DNA of 64,000 bases from Polyangiales bacterium (GTDB lineage Bacteria > Myxococcota_A > Polyangia > Polyangiales > Ga0077539). The notes beneath the pieces were generated by a model. The model saw only the letters and a program-made list of their open reading frames with translations. It made no database searches and was not told where the DNA came from. Shown piece by piece: positions 23,245 through 31,233 of the stretch (its first letter is position 1; each line of letters opens with the position of its first letter). Made by a program: the position numbers and the translations under genes. The stretch lies in assembly GCA_044229975.1 (NCBI GenBank), contig JBGARZ010000006.1, forward strand, positions 96,001 through 160,000, given 5' to 3'.

Positions 23245-23907
23245 ATGGTCGATCTGAAGCGAGAGGGGGACGTCTTCGTCCTCCGCATGAACAACGGCGA
23301 AAACCGCTTCAACCCGGAGTTCATCGGCGCGATGAACGCCGCGCTCGACGAGGTCGAGGCGAGCGCGCTGCCGTCGGCGCTGGTGACCGTCGGCGAAGGG
23401 AAGTTCTACTCCAACGGGCTCGACCTCGCGTGGATGGGCACCGACGGCGTCGACGCCATCGCCTTCGTCCGCACCGTGCACAAGCTGCTCGGCCGCGTGC
23501 TCGGGTTTCCGCGGCCCACGGTCGCCGCGCTCAACGGGCACGCCTTCGCGGGCGGGGCGATGCTCGCGCTCGCGCACGACTTCACCGTGATGCGCTCCGA
23601 CCGCGGGTACTTCTGCCTGCCCGAAGCCGACCTCGGGATTCCGTTCACGGCGCCGATGACCGCGCTCATCGCCGGGCGCATCCCGCAGCCCGCGCTCCAC
23701 GAGGCGTGCACGACGGGTCGACGCTACGGCGCGGCCGACGCGCTCAAGGCGGGCATCGTGACGGCCGTCGCCGACGAGGCGGAGGTGCTCTCGACGGCGA
23801 TCGCGAAGGCCACTGCGCTGGCGGGCAAGGACGCTGGGACGATGCGGGCGATCAAGCGGGGCTTGTACGCGCCGGCGCTGGCGCTGCTCGAAGGCGACGG
23901 GGGATAG
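23245..23907 (+). CDS. Enoyl-CoA hydratase/isomerase family (delta3-delta2 isomerase-like)
   Basis: ENRFNP, KFYSNGLDL, AALNGHAFAGG, RGYFCLPEADLG. Confidence 0.92.
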   Translation: MVDLKREGDVFVLRMNNGENRFNPEFIGAMNAALDEVEASALPSALVTVGEGKFYSNGLDLAWMGTDGVDAIAFVRTVHKLLGRVLGFPRPTVAALNGHAFAGGAMLALAHDFTVMRSDRGYFCLPEADLGIPFTAPMTALIAGRIPQPALHEACTTGRRYGAADALKAGIVTAVADEAEVLSTAIAKATALAGKDAGTMRAIKRGLYAPALALLEGDGG

Positions 23908-23936
23908 GACGGAGGGAGAGACGGGCCGCCGACGGA

Positions 23937-24305
23937 TCAGTCGTCGAGGGTGAGCGTCGTGTTCGCGGCGACGGTCTGGTTGCGCATCTGGAAGAGCTCG
24001 TGGTGCGAGCAGTCTTCGGCCTTGAAGTCCCAGTTGCCGACCGTCATCTCGTAGTGGTCGGTCTCGCCCGGGGAGAGGGTGCGGCTGCCGAGGAGGTCGG
24101 GGCCCCAGTGCGTGTCGCTCACCGGCGAGATGTAGAGGTAACAGATCTCCGACGACGAGGCGTTGCGCACGTCGAGCTGCACCATCGTCGCCTCGCCGCC
24201 GCTGGAGGCCGACGCCCCCGACGCGGTCGTCGACGCCGGAGTGCTCGCCGCACAACCCGTCACCATCGCAGCCGCCACCAGCATCACCGACACGATCTTC
24301 TTCAT
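23937..24305 (-). CDS. Small lipoprotein of unknown function
   Basis: Lipobox VTGC; ICYLYISP...WGPDLLG domain. Confidence 0.8.
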   Translation of the reverse strand: MKKIVSVMLVAAAMVTGCAASTPASTTASGASASSGGEATMVQLDVRNASSSEICYLYISPVSDTHWGPDLLGSRTLSPGETDHYEMTVGNWDFKAEDCSHHELFQMRNQTVAANTTLTLDD

Positions 24306-24545
24306 TGGACATCTCCCGCGCGAGGCGTTGATCGAAGCACCACGGCACCGCTCGTATGCCGTGGCGCGGAGCGATTACCACAGCCACCCGAGCGGACCAA
24401 CGGCCTTCGCGCCTGCGACGAAACACGGCGGCGTGTCTGCGTCGCCACGCTGCACCCACCGGGTTTCTCGCGAATCCACGAGCGCCCCTCGTTGGCCTCG
24501 CGGATGCACTATCGTCGGTCGTTCTCTTGGACGGGAGTGAACGCG

Positions 24546-24935
24546 ATGAACCTTTCAATGAAGTCCCTGGGGTCCCTGGTTGCGGCGGTGGTGCTCTGTG
24601 CTTCGACCGCCTGGTCCGACGGCATCAGCGTGGTGCGCGGGCAGTTCACCGACCACGTCGTCGGCGGCCGGCCGCAGGGTGACGCCGCCGCGGCCGCTAC
24701 CGTGCGCGACGTCGTGTACTGGATGGAGGTCAACAACAGCGGCGAGCCCGCGCAGGTGACCATCGTGTGGAAGGTCAACGGGCGCGAGGTGCGGCGCCAG
24801 CTGCTCGACGTCGGGCGCGCGCCGCGGTGGCGGACGTGGGGGACGTTCCGCCGCAACGGGGCGACGGCGGTGGAGGTCACCGTGCTCGACGCGGCGGGCA
24901 CCTCGCTGCACACCGCCACCTGGACGGCGCCGTGA
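24546..24935 (+). CDS. Small secreted protein, DUF2914-like
   Basis: Signal peptide ending TAWS; VVYWMEV...IVWK...RWRTWG pattern. Confidence 0.65.
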   Translation: MNLSMKSLGSLVAAVVLCASTAWSDGISVVRGQFTDHVVGGRPQGDAAAAATVRDVVYWMEVNNSGEPAQVTIVWKVNGREVRRQLLDVGRAPRWRTWGTFRRNGATAVEVTVLDAAGTSLHTATWTAP

Positions 24936-24974
24936 CGTGACCCCGGGCGCCGAGTCGCGGTATCGCTATCGGCG

Positions 24975-26384
24975 ATGCCTGCCCCACTCCGCGCCTGCGT
25001 CTTCGGACGCTACTTCACCTTCGGCTCCATCAAGGAGGTGATGAACAAGGCCAACGAACTCCGCTCCGGCGACGTTCAGGCGGGCCTCGGCGCCGAGAGC
25101 GACCGCGAGCGCGTCGCGGCCAAGCGGGTTCTCTCGCAGCTCACCCTCGACGACCTCTTCGAGGCACCCAGCGTCCCCTACGAGATCGACGAGATCACCC
25201 GGCTCTGCCAGGACGCCTGCGACGCCTCTGCGCGTCGACGCCTCAAGGGAAAGTCCCTCGCCGAAGTGCGCGAGTGGCTGCTCGACACCCGCACCACGGG
25301 CGAAGACATCCTCGCGGTGTCGCCCGGCCTCACCCCCGAGATGGTCGCCGGCGTCGCGAAGCTCATGTCCAACATGGACCTCGTCGTCGCCGCCCGAAAG
25401 ATCCGCGTGGTGGTGCGGTGCAACAACACCCTCGGGCTGCCGGGGCGCATCTCGTCGCGGCTCCAGCCCAACCACCCGCGCGACTCCGTGGAGGGCATCC
25501 TCGCGGTAATCCTCGACGGGCTCAGCTACGGCAACGGCGATGCCGTCGTGGGCATCAACCCGTCCACCGAGACGGTCGAGTCGACGGCGGAGATTCTCAC
25601 GCGCACCCACGCGCTGCTCTCGCGCCTCGCGGTGCCCACGCAGAACTGCGTGCTCTCGCACATCACCATCCAGATGCAGGCGATGCAGAAGGGCGCGCCG
25701 CTCGACCTGTGCTTCCAGTCCATCGCGGGCTCCGAAGGGGCCAACAAGAACTTCGGCGTGAGCGTCGCGCTGCTCGACGAGGCCATGGCGATGACCCGCG
25801 CGCTGGGCACGGCCAAGGGGCCCAACGTGATGTACTTCGAGACGGGTCAGGGCACCGCGCTCTCCGCCGACGCGCACCACGGAACCGACCAGCTCACCAT
25901 GGAGGCCCGCGCCTACGGACTCGCGCGGCGGTACGAGCCCTTCCTGGTGAACAGCGTCGTGGGCTTCATCGGGCCGGAGTACCTATACGACGGGAAACAG
26001 ATCACCCGCGCGGGCCTCGAAGACCACTTCATGGGCAAGCTCAGCGGCATCTCGATGGGCTGCGACGCCTGCTACACCAACCACGCCGAGTGCGATCAAA
26101 ACGACGTGGAGAACCTCGAGATGCTCCTCGCCGCCGCGGGCGTGAACTACCTCATGGGCATCCCCGCCGGCGACGACGTGATGCTCAACTACGAGACCAC
26201 GTCGTTCCATGACAACGCGGCGCTGAGGGAGATTCACGGGCTGCGCCCGGCGCCGGAGTTCGAGACGTGGATGGAGCGCGTGGGGCTCTGGCGCGAAGGT
26301 CGGATGACCGAGAAGGCGGGCGACGCGTCGCAGTTTCTCCGCAAGGACGAGGTGCGCGAGGTGGTCTTCGGGCGCGGTCGCTGA
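24975..26384 (+). CDS. eutB: Ethanolamine ammonia-lyase large subunit
   Basis: RLQPNHPRD, GDAVVGINP, YFETGQG, VVGFIGPEYL, GCDACYTNH. Confidence 0.97.
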   Translation: MPAPLRACVFGRYFTFGSIKEVMNKANELRSGDVQAGLGAESDRERVAAKRVLSQLTLDDLFEAPSVPYEIDEITRLCQDACDASARRRLKGKSLAEVREWLLDTRTTGEDILAVSPGLTPEMVAGVAKLMSNMDLVVAARKIRVVVRCNNTLGLPGRISSRLQPNHPRDSVEGILAVILDGLSYGNGDAVVGINPSTETVESTAEILTRTHALLSRLAVPTQNCVLSHITIQMQAMQKGAPLDLCFQSIAGSEGANKNFGVSVALLDEAMAMTRALGTAKGPNVMYFETGQGTALSADAHHGTDQLTMEARAYGLARRYEPFLVNSVVGFIGPEYLYDGKQITRAGLEDHFMGKLSGISMGCDACYTNHAECDQNDVENLEMLLAAAGVNYLMGIPAGDDVMLNYETTSFHDNAALREIHGLRPAPEFETWMERVGLWREGRMTEKAGDASQFLRKDEVREVVFGRGR

Positions 26385-26391
26385 GCGATGC

Positions 26392-26874
26392 TCAGGGCTC
26401 CGGCGCGAGCGTGATCACCTGCGGCGCCGACGCGTGCCCGCGGTAGTGCACCACCACCCGGTAGCGCCCCGGGCGCGCGGGCAGAGCGAAGTGCGCCGCG
26501 AGGTCGGGGTGCAGGTACGTCGTCGCGAGCTGCGGCCCCAGCGGCGGAGGCGACGGGCTCGCGGGCTGCTCGTCGTCGCCCGCGGGCGGCGCCTCGTTGT
26601 CGACGATGGGCTCGACGGGCTCGCGCTGCGAACGGTGCGTCGACTCGTCGGTCACCGTCGCCGTCACGCGCTCGGGCGTCGGTCGCGCGGGAACCTCCAA
26701 CTGGATGGTCACCGCGACAGGCACCCGCAGGGCAGAGCCCGCGCGGAAGAACGCCGTCGTGGGCGCGGCGACGAGGATGCCCTGCCAGTCGGCGGAGGGC
26801 GGGTGCGGCGAGAGCGCGGAGGGGCCGCGGCGGTCGATGACGATCTGCGCGAACGCCGGCGGGTCGTACCTCAT
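26392..26874 (-). CDS. Small hypothetical protein, putative immunity/partner of the upstream metalloprotease
   Basis: Starts 9 nt after the upstream stop; WQGILVAAP...TYLHPDLAAHFALPARPGRYRVVV; no signal peptide. Confidence 0.7.
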   Translation of the reverse strand: MRYDPPAFAQIVIDRRGPSALSPHPPSADWQGILVAAPTTAFFRAGSALRVPVAVTIQLEVPARPTPERVTATVTDESTHRSQREPVEPIVDNEAPPAGDDEQPASPSPPPLGPQLATTYLHPDLAAHFALPARPGRYRVVVHYRGHASAPQVITLAPEP

Positions 26875-26883
26875 CGTCACCCT

Positions 26884-28608
26884 TCAGAACCGGCTGAACC
26901 CGGCGGAGAGGTCCATCTTGCGCATCGCGGGCGTGCAGTTTTCGCAGTAGTTGGGCAGGCGACCGGCGTTGCTCTCACCGAAGAGCACGCAGTCGCCGGG
27001 CTGGCCGCGGAAGTGGTCCATCAGCGGGAGGTTGTGGTGGCAGTGCGGGCCCATGTGGTCGCGCTCGGTGTAGTGCGTCGACACCTTGTCGGGCTGCGTC
27101 CCGGTGCCGTCGGCCACCATGTTGAACTGGTGCCCGAACTCGTGCGTGAGCGTCTGCACCATCTCGGCGTGGGCGCGGCCCTCCCAGGTGATGGACGTCG
27201 CGATGCAGATGACGTTGCCCGCGCCGAGTGACACGCCGTTGAAGGAAGCCCCGACCCAGTTGACCGTTAGCTGCACCCGGCCGCGGCCCGCCGGGAGCGA
27301 CGCGACGTCGACGTCGACCCAGAAGAAGCGGTTCGCGTTGCCCGACGTCGGGACGGGCGTGCAGCTCGCTTTGGGGATGTTCACGGGCGCGCCGCCGCCC
27401 GTCGGGATGAACTGCGCCGACACGAACCAGTCACGCGCGTCGAGGCCGATCCAGAGCGGGCGACGGCGGCCGCCTGCATCGGTCATGGTCAGCCGCCCGG
27501 ACGCGACGCCGGGGCCGACGGTGGTCTCCGCCGAGGTCACCACCTGCGAGGCCGCCATGGAGGCGAGCATGTTGATCCAGACGAGGGCGATGGCGTAGGG
27601 CTCCTTCGCGGGGCCCTGCGACGCGAGGTAGGCGGCGCGGGCGTTGGCCTTGAGTGTGTTGAGGTCGCTGTCCCCCGAGTCGAGGTCGATGTTCGCCATG
27701 AAGGGCATCGACCGGACGTCGAGCGCGACCATCTCGATGCCGACGCGCTCGTACTCGCCGGTCATCCCCGCGACGCTGGCCGGGATGTTGGTCACCGTCG
27801 CCATCTTGAGCGTCGGGTAGAAGATCATCTTCTTGCTGGTGAGACCCGCCGAGCGCGCGACGTTGCCGTCGTCGTCGGTACCCATCGCGGTCACCACGTT
27901 GGTGCCCGCGGCGGTGACGAAGAAGTCGTCCGTGGGGATGATCTTCGTGCCGTCGCCCGCGGTGGTGTAGTCGCTCTCGACCTTCTGCCAGAGGTAGTTG
28001 GCGTTGCGGCCTTCTTCGGCCCCCGTGTAGACGACGTTGTGGGGCCCGGGCTGCAACTTGAGCTTGAAGTGGTGCGCGCCCGGGCGGTCGAAGTGCACCT
28101 TGATACGCGGCTTGCGCGCGAGCCGATCGATGCTGGTGACCTTGTCGCCGTCGACCCACTTCGCGTCGCGCGGGAGGTTGACCCACTGCGTGGCGCTGCC
28201 GACCTCGACGTCGTCGGCGCCGTCGAGCCACGCCACCGAGATGATGCGGGGCCGCGTCTCCACCGGGACCCCCGGGATGCCCGGCTCCTCGGGTTCCACG
28301 GGCGCACCCGGCAGGGCGCCGAAGTCCATGGCGGCGCCGCGCCGGAGGTCGAGGGTGCCTTCGCGCAAGGCCCACTCCACGCGCGCGACGAGGCTCTGCA
28401 TCGCCGCCGGGTCGAGCACGTCGGGGCGCTCGCCGGTGAGGGCCTCGTACGCCTCGACGATGAGCTCGCGCTGCTGCGGGTCGTCGCTCCACCCGCGAAT
28501 CGCGGCGCCGAAATCGTCCAGCCCGATGCCGGGTGAGACGAGGCGCTCGGGATCTCCCTGGAGGAAGTGATCCCCGCCGTCCCTCGATAGATGCCAGCGA
28601 CGCTCCAC
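26884..28608 (-). CDS. Effector-like protein with C-terminal HExxH zinc-metalloprotease domain
   Basis: THEFGHQFNM, distal HMGPHC and CVLF...YCENC; no Sec signal; helical N-terminal domain plus Pro/Glu linker. Confidence 0.75.
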   Translation of the reverse strand: MERRWHLSRDGGDHFLQGDPERLVSPGIGLDDFGAAIRGWSDDPQQRELIVEAYEALTGERPDVLDPAAMQSLVARVEWALREGTLDLRRGAAMDFGALPGAPVEPEEPGIPGVPVETRPRIISVAWLDGADDVEVGSATQWVNLPRDAKWVDGDKVTSIDRLARKPRIKVHFDRPGAHHFKLKLQPGPHNVVYTGAEEGRNANYLWQKVESDYTTAGDGTKIIPTDDFFVTAAGTNVVTAMGTDDDGNVARSAGLTSKKMIFYPTLKMATVTNIPASVAGMTGEYERVGIEMVALDVRSMPFMANIDLDSGDSDLNTLKANARAAYLASQGPAKEPYAIALVWINMLASMAASQVVTSAETTVGPGVASGRLTMTDAGGRRRPLWIGLDARDWFVSAQFIPTGGGAPVNIPKASCTPVPTSGNANRFFWVDVDVASLPAGRGRVQLTVNWVGASFNGVSLGAGNVICIATSITWEGRAHAEMVQTLTHEFGHQFNMVADGTGTQPDKVSTHYTERDHMGPHCHHNLPLMDHFRGQPGDCVLFGESNAGRLPNYCENCTPAMRKMDLSAGFSRF

Positions 28609-28642
28609 GGCCCCGCGAGGCTCGCGCGCAGCACCACCGCCG

Positions 28643-29719
28643 TCAAGGACGCGCGCGACGTCGCACCATCATCACCCGGTTGGTGCTGAGCTCGCGGGTC
28701 ACCACCTCGAAGCCCATGGACGCATACAGCCGCTCGGCCGTATGCGTGTGCAGCCACACCTCCCGCGCGTTGCGCACCGCCGGGTGGTCGAGCAGCAGCG
28801 TCATCAGCGCCCGACCCACACCCCGGCCGCGGTGCTCGGGGGCGACCACGACGTCGTAGATCCACGCGCGCTTCACGCGGTCGCTCACGGCCCGCGCCGT
28901 GCCCACGGTCGCGCCCTGCGCGTCGCGCGCGCCCACCCACGCGGTCGCGTTGCGCTGCGCCGCCCGCGCGTCGTCGTGGGTCATCCCTTGGTAGAACTCC
29001 ACGTCCATCAGCATCGTGGCGACGGCGTGTTCGTCGCGTGCGTCGAGCCTCGCGTGCAGCGTGAACCCGCTGCGGTCGCGCAGCACCTCCGGGACCTCGA
29101 CGCCGACGTTGGCCTCGCGGATCGCCTCGATGGCGAGGTCGTCACCGGGGTCACCGCGTCGCCAGAGCTGATCGAGGACGCGGGCGCGCTCGGCGGGGGT
29201 GCGGTTTTGCGTGAGCTTCGCCTTGCCGTCGATGCGGGTGGGCCGCACCCGAAACACCCCGATGCTCTGCACGGCCTTCGTGTACATCGGGTGCTCTGGG
29301 TCGATGGGCTTGTAGCGCCCCTCGGGCTGAAACCGCTGCATCAGCGCTTCGAGGACGGCGGCCTTGGCGTGGGGCTCGTCGACGCGTTCGAGGACGCCGT
29401 GCACCTGGGCCGAGCGGTAGAGCGTGGTGGCGGGGCACGCGAGCTCGGGGTCGAGAAACCAGCTCGGGATGGAGGCGACGGTCTCGTCGGCGGAGAGCAC
29501 GGCGGTGCGCCCGACGGTGAGCGCCTTCTCGCCGACCGTAGCGCCGTGAAACGCGAGCGCGCCGTCGACCCAGACTCCATGGACGGCGCGGAGCACGGGC
29601 TCGCCGTCGGGCCGGGTGGTGGCCATGCGGACGACGCCCGCGCGCACGATGAGGCGGACGGCGTCGGCGTCGGAGGTGCGGAAGTAGGCGGCCTTGCGCA
29701 TCGGTCGGGCGGTGTCCAT
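28643..29719 (-). CDS. FMN-binding split-barrel (PNPOx/PaiB-like) domain fused to GNAT acetyltransferase
   Basis: N-terminal PATTLYRSAQVHG...GKAKLTQN; C-terminal ARAVSD..AWIYDVVVAPEHRGRGVG...LYASMGF. Confidence 0.88.
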   Translation of the reverse strand: MDTARPMRKAAYFRTSDADAVRLIVRAGVVRMATTRPDGEPVLRAVHGVWVDGALAFHGATVGEKALTVGRTAVLSADETVASIPSWFLDPELACPATTLYRSAQVHGVLERVDEPHAKAAVLEALMQRFQPEGRYKPIDPEHPMYTKAVQSIGVFRVRPTRIDGKAKLTQNRTPAERARVLDQLWRRGDPGDDLAIEAIREANVGVEVPEVLRDRSGFTLHARLDARDEHAVATMLMDVEFYQGMTHDDARAAQRNATAWVGARDAQGATVGTARAVSDRVKRAWIYDVVVAPEHRGRGVGRALMTLLLDHPAVRNAREVWLHTHTAERLYASMGFEVVTRELSTNRVMMVRRRARP

Positions 29720-29741
29720 GGGCCCGGACGATGGGGGACGG

Positions 29742-29788
29742 CCGGTCTGTTGAAACGTACCGGTCTGGAGAATCGGGATGGACCGGTT
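29742..29788. promoter_or_regulatory. Triple CCGGT(C/T) motif, candidate MocR/GntR-type operator
   Basis: CCGGTCTG at 29742 and 29760 and GACCGGTT at 29781, in the divergent promoter region of the PNPOx-GNAT gene. Confidence 0.4.
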
Positions 29789-29877
29789 GTGGGGCGCGCG
29801 TGCATTCCCCCACGGTCGTGCTTACCTCGGGCCGGCGGCCGTCCGTGCTGCGGGGCCGCAGGAGGCGTTCGTCCACC

Positions 29878-30438
29878 ATGCAGACCGATCCCAACGACCA
29901 CGTCGCGACGCTCAAGCACACCTTCGCGAGCTTCACCCGCTCGGAAAACCTCATTCCCCTGCTCGTCGACGCGCTCATCGTCACCACCGTCGGCGCCTGT
30001 ACCTTCGGCATCCTCCTGCCGCCGCTCATGCTCGGGTACTCCGCCATGTGCCTGCGCGCCCTGCGCGGTCAGCCCATCAGCGTCGGCGACTCCTTCCAGG
30101 GGATGCAGCGCTTCGGCGCCTCGCTGATGCTCGGCCTGCTCATGCTCGTGGCCACGATGCTCGGCAGCCTCGCCCTCGGCGTCGGCGCCCTCATCGCGAG
30201 CTTCTGCCTGTCCTACGCGTTCGTCGTGCAGGCCGACCGCCCCGAGCTGGGCGCCTTCGACATCGCCACCGAGAGCTTCCGCCTCGTGCGCGAGCACCTC
30301 GTGGAGACGGCCGTGCTCTGGGCCGTCGGCCTCGCGCTCGGCGCCGTGCTCAGCGCCACCGTCGTCGGCGGCATCGCCGTCTTCGCCTACTGCACCCTGC
30401 TCACCGCCGTCCTCTACCAGCGCTTCACCGGGCGCTGA
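29878..30438 (+). CDS. Integral membrane protein of unknown function
   Basis: Several hydrophobic helices; start MQTDPN. Confidence 0.8.
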   Translation: MQTDPNDHVATLKHTFASFTRSENLIPLLVDALIVTTVGACTFGILLPPLMLGYSAMCLRALRGQPISVGDSFQGMQRFGASLMLGLLMLVATMLGSLALGVGALIASFCLSYAFVVQADRPELGAFDIATESFRLVREHLVETAVLWAVGLALGAVLSATVVGGIAVFAYCTLLTAVLYQRFTGR

Positions 30439-30562
30439 GAAGGTCGGCGCAGACCTGCTGCGCACCCGAATCCAGCGGTCGGGCGCGCTCGAAATACCCC
30501 GCGTATGTCTCGCGCGCCCTCCCTCGTCTTCGGGCGCTCGCGACGGTCTGCGCCGACCTTCT
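30438..30562. repeat. ~125-bp palindromic element (MITE/REP-like)
   Basis: Perfect 18-bp terminal IR AGAAGGTCGGCGCAGACC (30438-30455 / 30545-30562), with nested inner arms CCCGAA/TTCGGG, GGGCGCGC/GCGCGCCC and ATAC/GTAT. Confidence 0.85.
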
Positions 30563-30605
30563 TCTCCCTCCGCCGACGCCCCGTCGGTGATAGACCTCTC
30601 GGCCC

Positions 30606-31226
30606 ATGAAGGTCCTCGTCATCGGCGCCACCGGGCTCACCGGCAAGCTCCTCGTCCAGCAGCTCCTCCTCAAGGGCGATGACGTCACCGCCTTCGCCCG
30701 CAAGCCCGCCGACGTCACGACCGCCCACGACCGCCTGCGCGTCGCGAAGGGCGACGCCCGCGACCTCGCCTCGCTCGAAGCCGCCGTCGCCGGTCAGGAC
30801 GCCGTGCTCGCCGCCTTCGGCCCGCGCTCGCTCTCCAAAGATGACCTCCAGGAGACCTTCGACCGCAACCTCATCGCCGCCATGAAGAAGAGCGGCGTGA
30901 AGCGCCTCGTCAACCTCTCCGCCTGGGGCGCGGGCGACAGCCGCCAGCACTCCAACCTCATCTTCAAGGTCGTCATGGGCACCATCCTCAAAAACGTCTT
31001 CGCCGACAAGGATCGCGGCGAGGCCCTCATCATCGCGAGCGACCTCGACTTCACCAACGTCCGCCCCGGTCAGCTCATCAACGACCCTGCGCGCGGCGGC
31101 GTGAAGGCGTCCCTCGACCCCGCCGGGCTCAAGCCCAAGATGACCCGCGCCGACCTCGCGACCTTCATGATCGAGCAGCTCACGAGCGACACCTGGGTGC
31201 GAAAGTCACCGCTCATCGGATACTGA
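30606..31226 (+). CDS. NAD(P)H-binding oxidoreductase (flavin reductase/BVR-B-like atypical SDR)
   Basis: MKVLVIGATGLTG, SDLDFTNVRP, TRADLA. Confidence 0.92.
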   Translation: MKVLVIGATGLTGKLLVQQLLLKGDDVTAFARKPADVTTAHDRLRVAKGDARDLASLEAAVAGQDAVLAAFGPRSLSKDDLQETFDRNLIAAMKKSGVKRLVNLSAWGAGDSRQHSNLIFKVVMGTILKNVFADKDRGEALIIASDLDFTNVRPGQLINDPARGGVKASLDPAGLKPKMTRADLATFMIEQLTSDTWVRKSPLIGY

Positions 31227-31233
31227 CGGCGAC

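Noticed and set aside
24340..24364. CCACGGCA-N9-TGCCGTGG dyad as a sigma54 promoter
   Set aside because: GG-N10-GC spacing is not met on either strand; an 8-bp GC-rich dyad could be chance.
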